Shown here piece by piece: positions 29,023 through 39,467 of a DNA stretch of 55,891 bases. Origin of the DNA: Candidatus Heimdallarchaeota archaeon (lineage in GTDB: Archaea > Asgardarchaeota > Wukongarchaeia > Wukongarchaeales > JBHIFL01); assembly GCA_046761065.1 (NCBI GenBank), contig JBHIFL010000018.1:1-55891 (forward strand), given 5' to 3'. The translations under genes were made by a program, and so were the position numbers. Under the pieces are notes generated by a model that did not search any database, had not been told where the DNA came from, and saw only the letters and a list, made by a program, of their open reading frames with translations. Every line of letters begins with the position of its first letter. Position 1 is the first letter of the stretch.

Positions 29023-30111
29023 ATGGTTGAAGTTGTGCTCGAAAAACTAACGAAATATTTTGGTGAAGTCCGGGGAATAGAAGATATTGATTTACATATT
29101 CACGACAAAGAATTCGTGGCCCTCTTAGGACCCTCTGGATGTGGCAAAACAACCACACTGCGATGCATTGCAGGACTTGAAACACCAACTAGTGGGAATG
29201 TGTTTATTGGTGACCAGCTGGTTAATGAGATTCCCACAAAGGACAGAAACGTCGCTATGGTGTTCCAAAACTGGGCTTTATATCCCCACATGAAAGTATA
29301 TGACAATATTGCTTTTCCACTTCGAATGGGGAAATATCCAAAGGAGGAAATTCCAAAAAAAGTGAAAGAAGTGGCGGAAATCTTACAAATTGGAAAACTT
29401 TTAAACAGAAAGCCCGGAGAATTAAGTGGCGGGCAACAGCAACGAGTTGCATTAGGGAGAGCTATAGTTAGAGAACCGATGGTTTTCTTGATGGATGAGC
29501 CGCTTTCGAATCTAGATGCGAAGCTCAGAGTGTACATGCGAGCAGAACTCAAAGCCTTACAAAAGGATATAGGAGTAACAACCATCTATGTGACACACGA
29601 TCAAGTTGAAGCAATGACAATGACTGACAGAATTGCGCTTTTTAATGAAGGGCTTTTACAGCAAGTTGGCACCGCAGAGAAAATTTACAAATACCCTACT
29701 AATCTATTTGTTGGAGGGTTTATTGGGTCCCCTCCAATGAATTTTATGCCCGGGAGTTATGTAGAAAAGGATGGAAAGGGTTTGATAGATGCAGGATGTT
29801 GCATAATAAATGTCTCCCATATTAGTGATATTATCAAGAAAAATGCCACAAGTAATGAAGTGATTTTTGGAATTAGACCAGACGACATTATTTTGAGTAC
29901 AAAATCAATAGAAGACGCAGTTCAAGCGAAAGTTTTTGTAACTGAACCACTTGGAAATATGGTCATTGTAGACATCGTCATAGATGATTATCGATTCAAA
30001 GCTGAAGCCGATACAGAATTTAAAGTGGATCCCGGAGAAGATATTTGGATGCAATTTAAGAAAGAAAAAATGCATATTTTTGACAAAAGAACAGAAAAAA
30101 TTGTTGTCTGA
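29023..30111 (+). CDS. Sugar ABC transporter ATP-binding protein (MalK/UgpC-like)
   Basis: GPSGCGKT, LSGGQQQR, DEPLSNLD and VTHDQ motifs; TOBE C-terminus. Confidence 0.95.
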   Translation: MVEVVLEKLTKYFGEVRGIEDIDLHIHDKEFVALLGPSGCGKTTTLRCIAGLETPTSGNVFIGDQLVNEIPTKDRNVAMVFQNWALYPHMKVYDNIAFPLRMGKYPKEEIPKKVKEVAEILQIGKLLNRKPGELSGGQQQRVALGRAIVREPMVFLMDEPLSNLDAKLRVYMRAELKALQKDIGVTTIYVTHDQVEAMTMTDRIALFNEGLLQQVGTAEKIYKYPTNLFVGGFIGSPPMNFMPGSYVEKDGKGLIDAGCCIINVSHISDIIKKNATSNEVIFGIRPDDIILSTKSIEDAVQAKVFVTEPLGNMVIVDIVIDDYRFKAEADTEFKVDPGEDIWMQFKKEKMHIFDKRTEKIVV

Positions 30112-30240
30112 AATCCTCTCACCAATGAAATTTGTGAAGGTCCCCTTGCTGGCAAATCGTTATCCAACAAAGGTTTAGGTTGTATTTCTCTTTTAATGCA
30201 CCTTCTTCAATTCAAGTCCCATCTAATTGTATAGCAGTGG

Positions 30241-30936
30241 GTGGTGGCCAATTCGGTAAAAGAACAACCTTTCAGATTTTTTAGAACCACAACAATATTA
30301 GAGTTTGCGAGAAAACGTGCCTCTAACCTTTCTGAACTTCTAGATGGCATACGGTCTGTAGATGATCTTTCAATTGCATTTCATATGCTGACTCCGCTCT
30401 TCAAGACATATGAAACTATCTCAAAGCGGACCAACGACTTCAGCAATTGGACTAAAGAAATCCTCCAAGAAAAAGAACTTAGTGAACATTTAACAGCTAT
30501 TGATCCCTATCAACTAAGGAATATTACCGAATTGAGAAATCAACTCGAATTGGTTATAGAAGAATTCTTATTGAGACCTCAAGGTCGTCAACAAGCTCTA
30601 CGGGGAGATGAGTTCCAATTTCACACGATAACACGCTTTATTTTCCCAACAAACCATTTCGCTGACAACTTAGCAGAATTTGCTAACATTCTCAAACAGG
30701 TTGATGAAAGTTATATTTACCATCATTTTGTTGAGCCCAGGGCTGGGATTCGCCCCATTCGAGGAGATTTAGACTTATCTGATGATTTTACTATGTGGAT
30801 AGCAGCTAATTCAGAGAACAAAAGCTTAGTGAACCGTCTTGCTGAATTGGATCCCTACTTGCTGACTATGGAAGAGATTCGCCGCGCCATTCTGTCAATA
30901 ATTGAGGATGAAACCTCAGGAGGGAATCGAAAATAA
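30241..30936 (+). CDS. DUF5752-like TreT-associated protein
   Basis: Internally duplicated PF.F...A.NL.E...I..V...SI.FH...NDFS.W...IDPY unit; lies directly upstream of treT. Confidence 0.8.
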   Translation: MVANSVKEQPFRFFRTTTILEFARKRASNLSELLDGIRSVDDLSIAFHMLTPLFKTYETISKRTNDFSNWTKEILQEKELSEHLTAIDPYQLRNITELRNQLELVIEEFLLRPQGRQQALRGDEFQFHTITRFIFPTNHFADNLAEFANILKQVDESYIYHHFVEPRAGIRPIRGDLDLSDDFTMWIAANSENKSLVNRLAELDPYLLTMEEIRRAILSIIEDETSGGNRK

Positions 30937-32192
30937 CGAAAACTCCACCACAACTTAAAGATTATGAGCCAATTATAGGACGAGACGCCGTTGAAGAGAT
31001 AAAGGCCCTAGCTGAAGCACTTCGGGGTTCTTCGGTTATTCATGTCAATGCCACAGCCGAAGGCGGAGGAGTCGCAGAGATTTTGCATCGATTCAACCCT
31101 CTGATGAATTCCTTGGGACTAAACTCAGATTGGCGAATCTTGACAGGCACGGATGAGTTTTTCATGATAACCAAGTCGATGCATAACGCATTACAAGGGG
31201 AACCAATTGAATTCACAGAACAGATGTTCCGCTTATATTTGAAGATAAACCAAGAGAATGCAGAGCGTCTTTCTCCCTTGGATGCTGATTTTATAATAAT
31301 CCACGATCCGCAACCTGCGGCATTTGTTAAAATGAGACGGGGAAAAGATCTCGGCAAATGGATCTGGCGTTGTCACATTGATTTATCTACTTCTAGAGAG
31401 GATGTATGGGGTTTTTTAAAGCCCTTTATTGAGCAATATGATGCAACCATTTTTCATACCGCTCGCTTTTGTGACCCTAGATTACCTGTACCCCAATTCT
31501 TGATCCCACCATCAATTGACCCCCTCTCCCCAAAGAACCAAGACCTCTCGCAAGAGACTATCGAGAGAGTCTTACAACAATTTGATATCCCTCTTGAGAA
31601 ACCAATAATCACCCAAGTTTCTCGATTTGATAAATGGAAGGATCCTCGAGGAGTTATCCAAGCCTATAGGCGTGTTAAAGAGAGTATCGATTGTCAACTT
31701 GTACTAGCTGGGGGGTTTGCCACAGATGATCCCGAAGGTAAACCCATGTTCGAAGAACTTTCAAAAATTGCCCAAACTGACAAGGACATCCATCTTTTGA
31801 ACCTCCCCCCTTTTAGTGATGTGGAAATCAACGCCTTCCAGCGAGCTTCAGCTGTGGTAGTTCAGAAGTCCCTTAAAGAGGGATTTGGTTTAACCGTTAC
31901 TGAAGCACTTTGGAAGAAGAAACCCATAATCGGCGGAGCAGTTGGTGGGATTCCACTCCAAGTTCGTCATGGAATCACTGGCTTCCTCGTACATTCGATT
32001 GAGGGAGCAGCATATCACATTAAACTTCTCCTACGGCATCCGGAATTAGCAAAACAGTTGGGCGAAAACGGGTACCATCATGTAAAACAGAACTTTTTAC
32101 TTACCCGACATCTTCGAAACTATCTTGCTTTAATGCTTGTAGTACGAGAGAATTCCAAAACAAAATCAATAACACTACACAATAACTATTAA
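30933..32192 (+). CDS. treT: Trehalose synthase TreT (GT4), predicted ATA start
   Basis: HVNATAEGGGVAEIL, HDPQP, WRCHID, SRFDKWK and EGFGLTVTEA motifs. The conserved N-terminus lies upstream of the track start (31083); the frame is open from TGA 30909 with no ATG/GTG/TTG. Confidence 0.9.
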   Translation: MTKTPPQLKDYEPIIGRDAVEEIKALAEALRGSSVIHVNATAEGGGVAEILHRFNPLMNSLGLNSDWRILTGTDEFFMITKSMHNALQGEPIEFTEQMFRLYLKINQENAERLSPLDADFIIIHDPQPAAFVKMRRGKDLGKWIWRCHIDLSTSREDVWGFLKPFIEQYDATIFHTARFCDPRLPVPQFLIPPSIDPLSPKNQDLSQETIERVLQQFDIPLEKPIITQVSRFDKWKDPRGVIQAYRRVKESIDCQLVLAGGFATDDPEGKPMFEELSKIAQTDKDIHLLNLPPFSDVEINAFQRASAVVVQKSLKEGFGLTVTEALWKKKPIIGGAVGGIPLQVRHGITGFLVHSIEGAAYHIKLLLRHPELAKQLGENGYHHVKQNFLLTRHLRNYLALMLVVRENSKTKSITLHNNY

Positions 32193-32380
32193 TGAGCCAA
32201 AAATAGTTGTCTACAATTTCACAATCTCCTCAAACAGTAACAAAAGCCAATAATAACAGCATAAATAGTTAAAATTAACTTTGATGTATTATATGAGATT
32301 TCAGGGCTGTTTAATCGTTATGGCTTCTAATTAAAGTAAAATTCGCAAATTGTAGCTAATATTTAGGGATTGCTAATATA

Positions 32381-32593
32381 ATGAAGTTCACAACTAAAAA
32401 GTTAGCTATGATAGTTGAACGCTTGTTTAAAAAACGAGCAGAGGAAAAGCGAAAACAACAATGGAAAGAAATCATGGAATCTGATCAGTTCATCAAAGAT
32501 ATCCATGAATCAGATACTGGGATCAGTTTGAAGTCTTGCAAAGTCATCTCAGAAAAAATAAACAGAAAATGGGGTTATAAAAATCGAATTTGA
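32381..32593 (+). CDS. Hypothetical protein
   Basis: 70-aa ORF in an otherwise empty AT-rich interval; no recognised motif. Confidence 0.3.
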   Translation: MKFTTKKLAMIVERLFKKRAEEKRKQQWKEIMESDQFIKDIHESDTGISLKSCKVISEKINRKWGYKNRI

Positions 32594-32793
32594 AGCCATT
32601 CAACGGCTTGGAATAGATTTACTATCAATGCTCCACATCAATTCAAAATGAATGGTAATTTTCTACTCAGAAAAGTTGGTGAGGTTAAGTTATTCAACAT
32701 AGGATAATGTTAAAGGCATATACGATATCTCCCGGATTGTATCTCAAAATTTTACAGTTTCAAACTAAATATCTGCTCTTTTCCTTAAACTTA

Positions 32794-34065
32794 TCATTTT
32801 AGACTGGCACTTCCTTTGGCAGGTGCGGTTTCATCAACTAAAACATGTGCCAACCCTAAAATCAACCGTGCCACTGCTGCAACATATAACATCTTGACAA
32901 GAGCACTGAGCGCTCCAAAATTGGTAGTTAGGATCTGAGTAGTAGTTCCAGAAATTAGAGCTCCCATAAAACCTGCGATCCCTGTAAATGTAAAGGTAGT
33001 CCCAGTAAACAGGGCTTTTTGTTCTGTTGGAGCTAGGTCAAGAGCAATCATATTTTCTAAAAGCAATGAAAGACCCCAACCAATCCCTCCAAAACATTGC
33101 GCTACTAGAAGCAACTTCCACGATGGCCATCGGCTTGAAAGCGCAAAAAGAAATGGCACCACAAACAATAGAGAACGACTAAAGATTATTAGAGGTTTTC
33201 TTCCCATCCGATCACTAAGGGCTCCTCCGAATTTTTGCGCCATTGCCACGAAGCACATCCAAGCCGCCCAAATCATACTTAATTGAGTGTTTGTTGCTTG
33301 AACAACTTCCTTGATGACAAATGGAAACAAAGGCCACATCATTGCCATGAAAAAAATAAACGTGACATCGATGGTCAGGAACCGTCTAAACCTTCGGTGT
33401 TGTCGAATGATGCGCCAAGGAGGAGGTAGAGCCTCTAAAGGTCTCTTTTGGAGGGTTTCCTTCAAGATAAGTATCAGAAGAATAGTGAATACGATTACCG
33501 CGCTTGCTGCTAAAAAAGCTAAGTGGTATTGATTTGGGCCTGTTAGACCTTGACGATCAAGGAGATAGCCGAAGAGCATGATCACTGGAACCGAACCAAA
33601 CACACCAAAGCTAATTATTTTCCCGAGGACCGCCCCTCGTTCCCGTTCTAATGCTATGTCTCCAAGTGTGCTGTTCCACACTCCGCCAGTGACCACAGCA
33701 AAGCCACAGAACCCTTGGATTGCTACAAGCACTACGAACATGCTGAGGTTGAGATGGGCCGAAAAGGTGAACGAGAGTGCTGTAAGGGCTAGGATCACGT
33801 AACCGAAGATTAATACGGGTCGACGCCCATGTTTGTCTGATTGTGTTCCCCAAAGACTCTGTGTAAGAGAATTTCCAAGGGTCCTGACACTAGTAATGAG
33901 TCCTTGCTCCGAATAACCAGCACCAAGTGCAATGGCGAAATAAGGGACATACACCCAGATCAAATTTTGGGCGATAGAGCCTCCTAGAGAGATCGTGTAT
34001 AATTTTGTTCTCTGTCCATCTGTTTTAGATTTTAGGAGTGGGAGATCTTCTCCATGATCGAGCAA
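32794..34065 (-). CDS. MFS transporter
   Basis: G.QSDKHGRR and GALSDRMGRK motif A; about 12 TM segments. Confidence 0.9.
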   Translation of the reverse strand: MLDHGEDLPLLKSKTDGQRTKLYTISLGGSIAQNLIWVYVPYFAIALGAGYSEQGLITSVRTLGNSLTQSLWGTQSDKHGRRPVLIFGYVILALTALSFTFSAHLNLSMFVVLVAIQGFCGFAVVTGGVWNSTLGDIALERERGAVLGKIISFGVFGSVPVIMLFGYLLDRQGLTGPNQYHLAFLAASAVIVFTILLILILKETLQKRPLEALPPPWRIIRQHRRFRRFLTIDVTFIFFMAMMWPLFPFVIKEVVQATNTQLSMIWAAWMCFVAMAQKFGGALSDRMGRKPLIIFSRSLLFVVPFLFALSSRWPSWKLLLVAQCFGGIGWGLSLLLENMIALDLAPTEQKALFTGTTFTFTGIAGFMGALISGTTTQILTTNFGALSALVKMLYVAAVARLILGLAHVLVDETAPAKGSASLK

Positions 34066-34343
34066 TCAACAAGTCCCTCCAGAATCTTGCACAGTATGGA
34101 AAGTATTCGCTATAAGAACTCACATTATTGCAGTTGTACCTTTATTTTTCTTATGATGGAGAGCTGTCCTATCATTACAGTTGTTGCTTTATTGTGTTAA
34201 GAGAAATTTCTGAAACAACAGATGAGCTGTATTTGTATGGTCTCAACAAAGATTCTGTTGCTTTAATAGTCCTTGATCTGATAAAAGCCTTATGTAACAA
34301 TACTAGGAAACGTGTTCAAACTGCAGAAATTTATTTGAACACG

Positions 34344-35102
34344 CTAGGTCGAAGCTCTGCTTGCAACAAAGATAGCTTGGTTGGCATTTGGTATCCAAGA
34401 ATCCTGGGTGAAAGACGAGTAAAGACTCTCAACATGAAATCCCGCCTTGCCAAGCAACTGCTGCATCTCTTCTATGGTAAGAATTGCCAGGTGGGATCGG
34501 TCCCAATAAGTCTTCTGCAATTGTCCCGTATTATCGAGAATATCGAATCGTAAGGTAGTATCGATGATCCCCTCCGACTCGAGAATCCGTGTGGAAATGG
34601 AACGTGTGATTGCTCCTCCTTTAGGTAATGGTATGGTCTCTAGGCGCCGCCATGTACCAGAAGCATCAATTTGACCGACCCAAATGTCGAAAACGAACTG
34701 TCCTTGTGAGTTTAGATGGTTGTGAATGCAATGTAGACAGTTAACCTGCTTTTCCCGTGTATCCAGGTATTGAAAGCTCTGAGAGGGGATGTATATAAGT
34801 CGAAAAATTCGATTCAGTTGAAAATCGGTCATATCTTCTTTTAGGAATGTAAGCCGATTTGCAATCGTAGGGGGTGCTTGTTGGAGTTTTCTTCGCGCCT
34901 CTTTCAGCATGTATGGTGAGGTATCGATTCCTACTACTTCGATTCCATCGTTTGCGAGGAGAAAAGCGAAGATCCCCGTACCAACTCCCAGCTCCAAGGC
35001 TGGTGATCCAACCTTCTGTGCAATCTGCCTGTAAAACGCCTGTTCTTGCTCCTTTCCAATAGCAAAGAGATCGTAAAATTGAGCAGCTTTCAAGTAAGCC
35101 AA
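34344..35102 (-). CDS. Class I SAM-dependent methyltransferase
   Basis: AQFYD, LELGVGTG, GIDTS..ML, DMTDF and HL...G.FVFD motifs. Confidence 0.9.
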   Translation of the reverse strand: MAYLKAAQFYDLFAIGKEQEQAFYRQIAQKVGSPALELGVGTGIFAFLLANDGIEVVGIDTSPYMLKEARRKLQQAPPTIANRLTFLKEDMTDFQLNRIFRLIYIPSQSFQYLDTREKQVNCLHCIHNHLNSQGQFVFDIWVGQIDASGTWRRLETIPLPKGGAITRSISTRILESEGIIDTTLRFDILDNTGQLQKTYWDRSHLAILTIEEMQQLLGKAGFHVESLYSSFTQDSWIPNANQAIFVASRAST

Positions 35103-35579
35103 TATGACCCCCTTAAGAAACTGTATTACTTCTTCAATAAAGTCACAGTTACTATACAAATGAGTGATTAGTATCATTTTTATCTTATTTGCGTTATATA
35201 AATTAGAATATATTGCTTTATGAAGCCATTAACATATATTTGCTTCAATATCAGAAAATAAACCTTTAGAAGATTGTTTATGAAGAAATTGAAATATTTA
35301 GTGGTTTTTAAGTCTCTATCTATCAGATAATAAGTGATTTGTTATATCTTGGTCAGCTTGGAAAATAATATTTTTAATGTATTAGAAGTAAAAAGGTTTT
35401 CTTTAAAATAAGAAATATGTGTCGAAGATAGGAAAGATATCAGAGTGATCAATTAAGAAATTTTGATAACTTCTTCTCTTTGCTATTAAGGTCTTCTTGA
35501 ATGAATTACATGTTCTTCATTGAGTTCTTCCGATTCAAGACCTCTAAGCTTAAATAGGTAAGTTGGGGCACAGATCTCT

Positions 35580-36257
35580 TTGGTGAAATATGTGGGTACT
35601 GTCTGGGATTATCTTCCTTACATTACATGGGGCATTCCTTGGACGTTTGGGTTAGTCTTTGGAGGATTGGGTATAGGATTTGTATTGGGTCTCCCCACCG
35701 CGATTAGTCAAATTTATGGCAATAAAGAACTCAAAGCATTCCTCGACGTATATGTGTGGTTCTTCAGAAGTGTACCTTTACTCGTACTCCTCTTCTTGTT
35801 CTATTGGGGAATTTTCCCACTCATTCTGGGCAGAAAATTAAGTACCTTGGTCACTAGCATCCTTGTTTTAGGCATTCGAAGTGGTGCGTATCAATCTCAA
35901 GTCTTTCGTGGCTCTATGACTGCGGTTGGTGAAGGCCAATATGTCGCCTCCCGGGCTATCGGGATGACTCATTACCGAGGGATTTACCATGTCCAACTCC
36001 CCCAGGCTTTGCGCGTCGCAATCCCAGGCTGGTCGAATGAATATGCGATTATATTGAAAGATTCGGCTATTTGCTTCACATTAGGTGTGTTAGAAATTTT
36101 AACCAGGACCCGATATGTTGTCGCATCGACAGATGAGATCCTTATTCCTTACTTCTTCGCTGGCGCACTTTTCATCGTTTTAACCTACGGAGGAAATAAA
36201 TTCCTCAATATAGTTTACGAAAAGACCAGAATTCCTGGGTTAGTAGGGCGGATGTGA
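35580..36257 (+). CDS. Polar amino-acid ABC transporter permease
   Basis: FRSVPLLV, AY.SQVFRG, GQ..A..AIG and LPQALR motifs. Confidence 0.92.
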   Translation: MVKYVGTVWDYLPYITWGIPWTFGLVFGGLGIGFVLGLPTAISQIYGNKELKAFLDVYVWFFRSVPLLVLLFLFYWGIFPLILGRKLSTLVTSILVLGIRSGAYQSQVFRGSMTAVGEGQYVASRAIGMTHYRGIYHVQLPQALRVAIPGWSNEYAIILKDSAICFTLGVLEILTRTRYVVASTDEILIPYFFAGALFIVLTYGGNKFLNIVYEKTRIPGLVGRM

Positions 36258-36263
36258 TGTGAA

Positions 36264-37022
36264 ATGTCCAAAAATGTTGTATTAAAAGCGGAAAACATTC
36301 ATAAAACTTATGGCAACAATGACATATTGAGGGGGGTCTCCTTTGAAATCCATAGAGGAGAGATCAAGATCCTCTGTGGACCTAGCGGATCGGGTAAAAG
36401 CACGCTCCTGCGGTGTTTAAACATGTTAACCAAGCCAGATCAGGGGCATGTGTGGCTCGAAGGAGAAGAAATAACAACTTTAACAAAAGATATCAATTTG
36501 GTAAGACAAAAAATTGGATTTGTTTTTCAAGAGTTTAATCTGTTCAACCATCTAACAGCTTTAAAAAACGTCTCTATTGGTCTAGAAATTGTGAAGGGTA
36601 TGGAAAAGGAAGAAGCAAGAGAATGTGCTCTGAAAGAGTTACAGAAAGTAGGGCTTGAGGAACATGCCAATAAGTACCCTGCTGAACTCTCAGGAGGACA
36701 AAAACAACGAGTTGCCATAGCCCGCGCACATGCTATGAACCCAGTCATCATGTTTTATGATGAACCCACCTCTGCTTTGGATCCTCAGTTAATTGGCGAA
36801 GTTCTTGATGTCATTAAACAATTGGCACAGGAAAAACTGACGAGCCTCGTTGTGACTCATGAGATGGGATTCGCCCAGTCTGTAGGGGATGAGATGATCT
36901 ATATGGCAGATGGAAAGATAATAGAACAAGGATCCCCTCTTGACCTTATTCAGAACAGCAAACATGAAAGTACAAGGCAATTCTTTAAACACATCGCTGA
37001 GCTGTATGAGAGGAAGCGCTAA
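36264..37022 (+). CDS. Polar amino-acid ABC transporter ATP-binding protein
   Basis: GPSGSGKS, LSGGQKQR, DEPTSALDP and VTHEMGFA motifs. Confidence 0.95.
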   Translation: MSKNVVLKAENIHKTYGNNDILRGVSFEIHRGEIKILCGPSGSGKSTLLRCLNMLTKPDQGHVWLEGEEITTLTKDINLVRQKIGFVFQEFNLFNHLTALKNVSIGLEIVKGMEKEEARECALKELQKVGLEEHANKYPAELSGGQKQRVAIARAHAMNPVIMFYDEPTSALDPQLIGEVLDVIKQLAQEKLTSLVVTHEMGFAQSVGDEMIYMADGKIIEQGSPLDLIQNSKHESTRQFFKHIAELYERKR

Positions 37023-37681
37023 TGAGTTTCTGGGAACTCTTTCTTGATAAAATCATCGACGGATGGGTTTTATCAGTAAAGCTACTGATACCAACTATCC
37101 CCCTCGGCGTACTTCTAGCGATTGGACTCGCTGTAGCTCGAGTTTATGGGCCAATGCCGCTCGTTTATGTCTCCTCTGGTATAGTAGGACTTATTCGGGG
37201 ATTGCCCCTCGTTGTTACACTCTTTATTATTTTCTTTGCCTTACCAAAATTGGGTATATTCTTCCCTTCATTCTGGTCAGCAGTGTTAGGCTTTATTTTG
37301 TGTACTGGGGCGTATCAATCAGAATATGTCCGGGGGGCCATCCAGTCAATCGATGTTGGGCAATCATTGGCTGCCCAAGCCCTAGGTATGAGAAAGGGAA
37401 GAGAAATAATAAATATCATCCTTCCGCAAGCGTTAAGAAGGGCACTTCCGGGCATTTCAAACGAGATCATCTATTTAATTTTGTACTCCTCCCTAGCCGG
37501 CTATATAGGTGTATATGAGATCTTCGCCGTTGCAAGGCATTTCAATTCCCTACATTTCCGTCCTATCCAAATTTTTCTAACGGCTGGATTGATTTATGCT
37601 GCAATGGCCACAGTTGCAACCGTTGTGTTCAGATTAATTGAGAATAAGTTTAAGATTCCCGGTTTTGAGATAATACATTGA
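37022..37681 (+). CDS. Polar amino-acid ABC transporter permease
   Basis: RGLPL, AYQSEYVRG, GQ..AA.ALG and LPQALR motifs. Confidence 0.92.
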   Translation: MSFWELFLDKIIDGWVLSVKLLIPTIPLGVLLAIGLAVARVYGPMPLVYVSSGIVGLIRGLPLVVTLFIIFFALPKLGIFFPSFWSAVLGFILCTGAYQSEYVRGAIQSIDVGQSLAAQALGMRKGREIINIILPQALRRALPGISNEIIYLILYSSLAGYIGVYEIFAVARHFNSLHFRPIQIFLTAGLIYAAMATVATVVFRLIENKFKIPGFEIIH

Positions 37682-37783
37682 AATAAAGTATTATCTTCAT
37701 ATATCAACCATAATAAAGTGAATCGGAGAGGATCTGGTAGCTAGAATGAAGCCAATATCGTAATCACCTTAGGACAACGAAAC

Positions 37784-38209
37784 TCAAGATGTCTGCATTG
37801 TTACAGTGACAAAACCCTTGTCTGCATTTACTTTAACATAATTACCGGTATGAATGGCTTCGAACGGGCTTTTTTCTAATCGATCTACAAGCGGAACCTC
37901 TGCTATTACTGCAGAGGTAATGAGAACGGTCTCAACGTTCTGAACAATCATGGCTTTTGGCGCGACCTTGTTTTTTGCAAGTTTGAAGAGCCCATCAATT
38001 TGTACTACCGAACTACCCTTTCCTGATGGAAGTACGAGGATCTTATTTGCAAGATTTTTCCCCTCTAAGTCGTGATCACGTTCTGTAACGATCCCAGTTT
38101 TAGGATCTGTGAGGTAGAAACAGATTGGATCGGTGGAAACAATAGCTTCTCCCTCCCCACAACCCCCGACAATTTTATGGCATTTCAGTGTGACTTCCAC
38201 TCTTTTCAT
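37784..38209 (-). CDS. Aconitase X swivel (small) subunit, DUF126
   Basis: G.GEGEA.VS..PI...DPKTG...H.L.G...GKGSS; ATGA overlap with the large-subunit stop. Confidence 0.9.
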   Translation of the reverse strand: MKRVEVTLKCHKIVGGCGEGEAIVSTDPICFYLTDPKTGIVTERDHDLEGKNLANKILVLPSGKGSSVVQIDGLFKLAKNKVAPKAMIVQNVETVLITSAVIAEVPLVDRLEKSPFEAIHTGNYVKVNADKGFVTVTMQTS

Positions 38210-39423
38210 CCCCATTGTCCTTTTATTGCGGCTTCAACACAGTCCTTTAACCTCACAACAACCGCTCCTTTGAATCTTGGCCCTACTCCATAGTAGGCGC
38301 ACTTTGGTGAGTCTGTTACAGCTATTTTCTCTTTGTACATATGCGAAAAACAAGGTTCGTCTATGCAGGTATCTGGTACAACATGGCCTCCAGCCCTCTC
38401 GATTGTATCGACGTAACCAGCTCTTTTGGCTAGAAGTCTTCCGGTAGCTGATGTACAAATCCAAAATCCTACATCAGGATGGATTTTTTTTCCTTCTAAA
38501 AGCCTTGCTACCTCTGCAACTTGTTTAAGGGTGTAATGTGGACACCCAAGTAGGATAAAGTCGATTTTTCCGCTTGTTGTTTGAATTTCTTCATGGGTTT
38601 GGGTTAGGTCGTGATCCGTCACAGTCATTTTATCCTTAGGAGTGTCCCCTTGAAAGGCCTCTTCAAGTGTTGGAGCTTCCACAGTTATTCCAGGGATATG
38701 AAACATGGATACGGCTCCGGACGTGTTTAAAATAGCGCAAAGGTTGATAAGGTCCTCTGTTGTTGGCCGCTTTGCTATTCCCGTGAAAACTGGGATTTCA
38801 TAGCCAATATGCTTCCCAACATAATACCCTAAGAGGCTATAATCAAATTCATCTGTTAAAGTAGCTTCTACCTCCACTAAGAAGGTTCCTTTGCGGTTTT
38901 CTTTGAGATGGAGTCCATATAAAGGCGTTGAACCAATAACACCGGCCGCTAAGGCACTTTGAGCGGCTTCCCGATTTGTTGTCGCTCCTATCACCGAGTT
39001 GACATAGGGAGTAGCGCTGGATTCAGAAAACGCCACGGTTTCACCGTATAGTGGAATGTTTTCAGTTATATAGGGAATGCAACTCCAGCTTAAGATCGCG
39101 CCGATTCGCTTATAGGCCTCCCGTACTCTCACAGGGACTTCCGCCTTTTCTTCTGGGATTTTGATAATGCGATCGAAATACTCCACATCGTAAACGGGAT
39201 TGATTGATGTTGGTACTCGACATGTGGCACCTCCATTTGCCAATAGTTCGACGTAGTAGAGATCCCCTTCTTGCCCACTTGATGCCGCATGAGCCCGGGT
39301 TATGGGAATCATCCGTTCCGCATCATAGGCATCTCCTATTGCAACGAGTAATTCCATTGCTTTTTGCATTCCTTTGCCAAATTCTCCTTGGAGTGTTTGT
39401 TCTTCTTCATTCGTTAAGTGCAT
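38206..39423 (-). CDS. Aconitase X catalytic (large) subunit, DUF521
   Basis: M.LT.EE...L.GE.G, SCIPY, ESSA..Y.NSV.GA.TNRE, GCPH, DTC and TDSPK motifs. Confidence 0.92.
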   Translation of the reverse strand: MHLTNEEEQTLQGEFGKGMQKAMELLVAIGDAYDAERMIPITRAHAASSGQEGDLYYVELLANGGATCRVPTSINPVYDVEYFDRIIKIPEEKAEVPVRVREAYKRIGAILSWSCIPYITENIPLYGETVAFSESSATPYVNSVIGATTNREAAQSALAAGVIGSTPLYGLHLKENRKGTFLVEVEATLTDEFDYSLLGYYVGKHIGYEIPVFTGIAKRPTTEDLINLCAILNTSGAVSMFHIPGITVEAPTLEEAFQGDTPKDKMTVTDHDLTQTHEEIQTTSGKIDFILLGCPHYTLKQVAEVARLLEGKKIHPDVGFWICTSATGRLLAKRAGYVDTIERAGGHVVPDTCIDEPCFSHMYKEKIAVTDSPKCAYYGVGPRFKGAVVVRLKDCVEAAIKGQWG

Positions 39424-39467
39424 CTCAATCCAAACCTTTCCAGTTTGAGACGTCCACCGAGTTCATA

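Noticed and set aside
34128-34553. 141-aa + strand ORF, and the many other 60-160 aa antisense or overlapping ORFs in the track
   Set aside because: They overlap well-supported genes on the opposite strand or frame and show no motifs or RBS.
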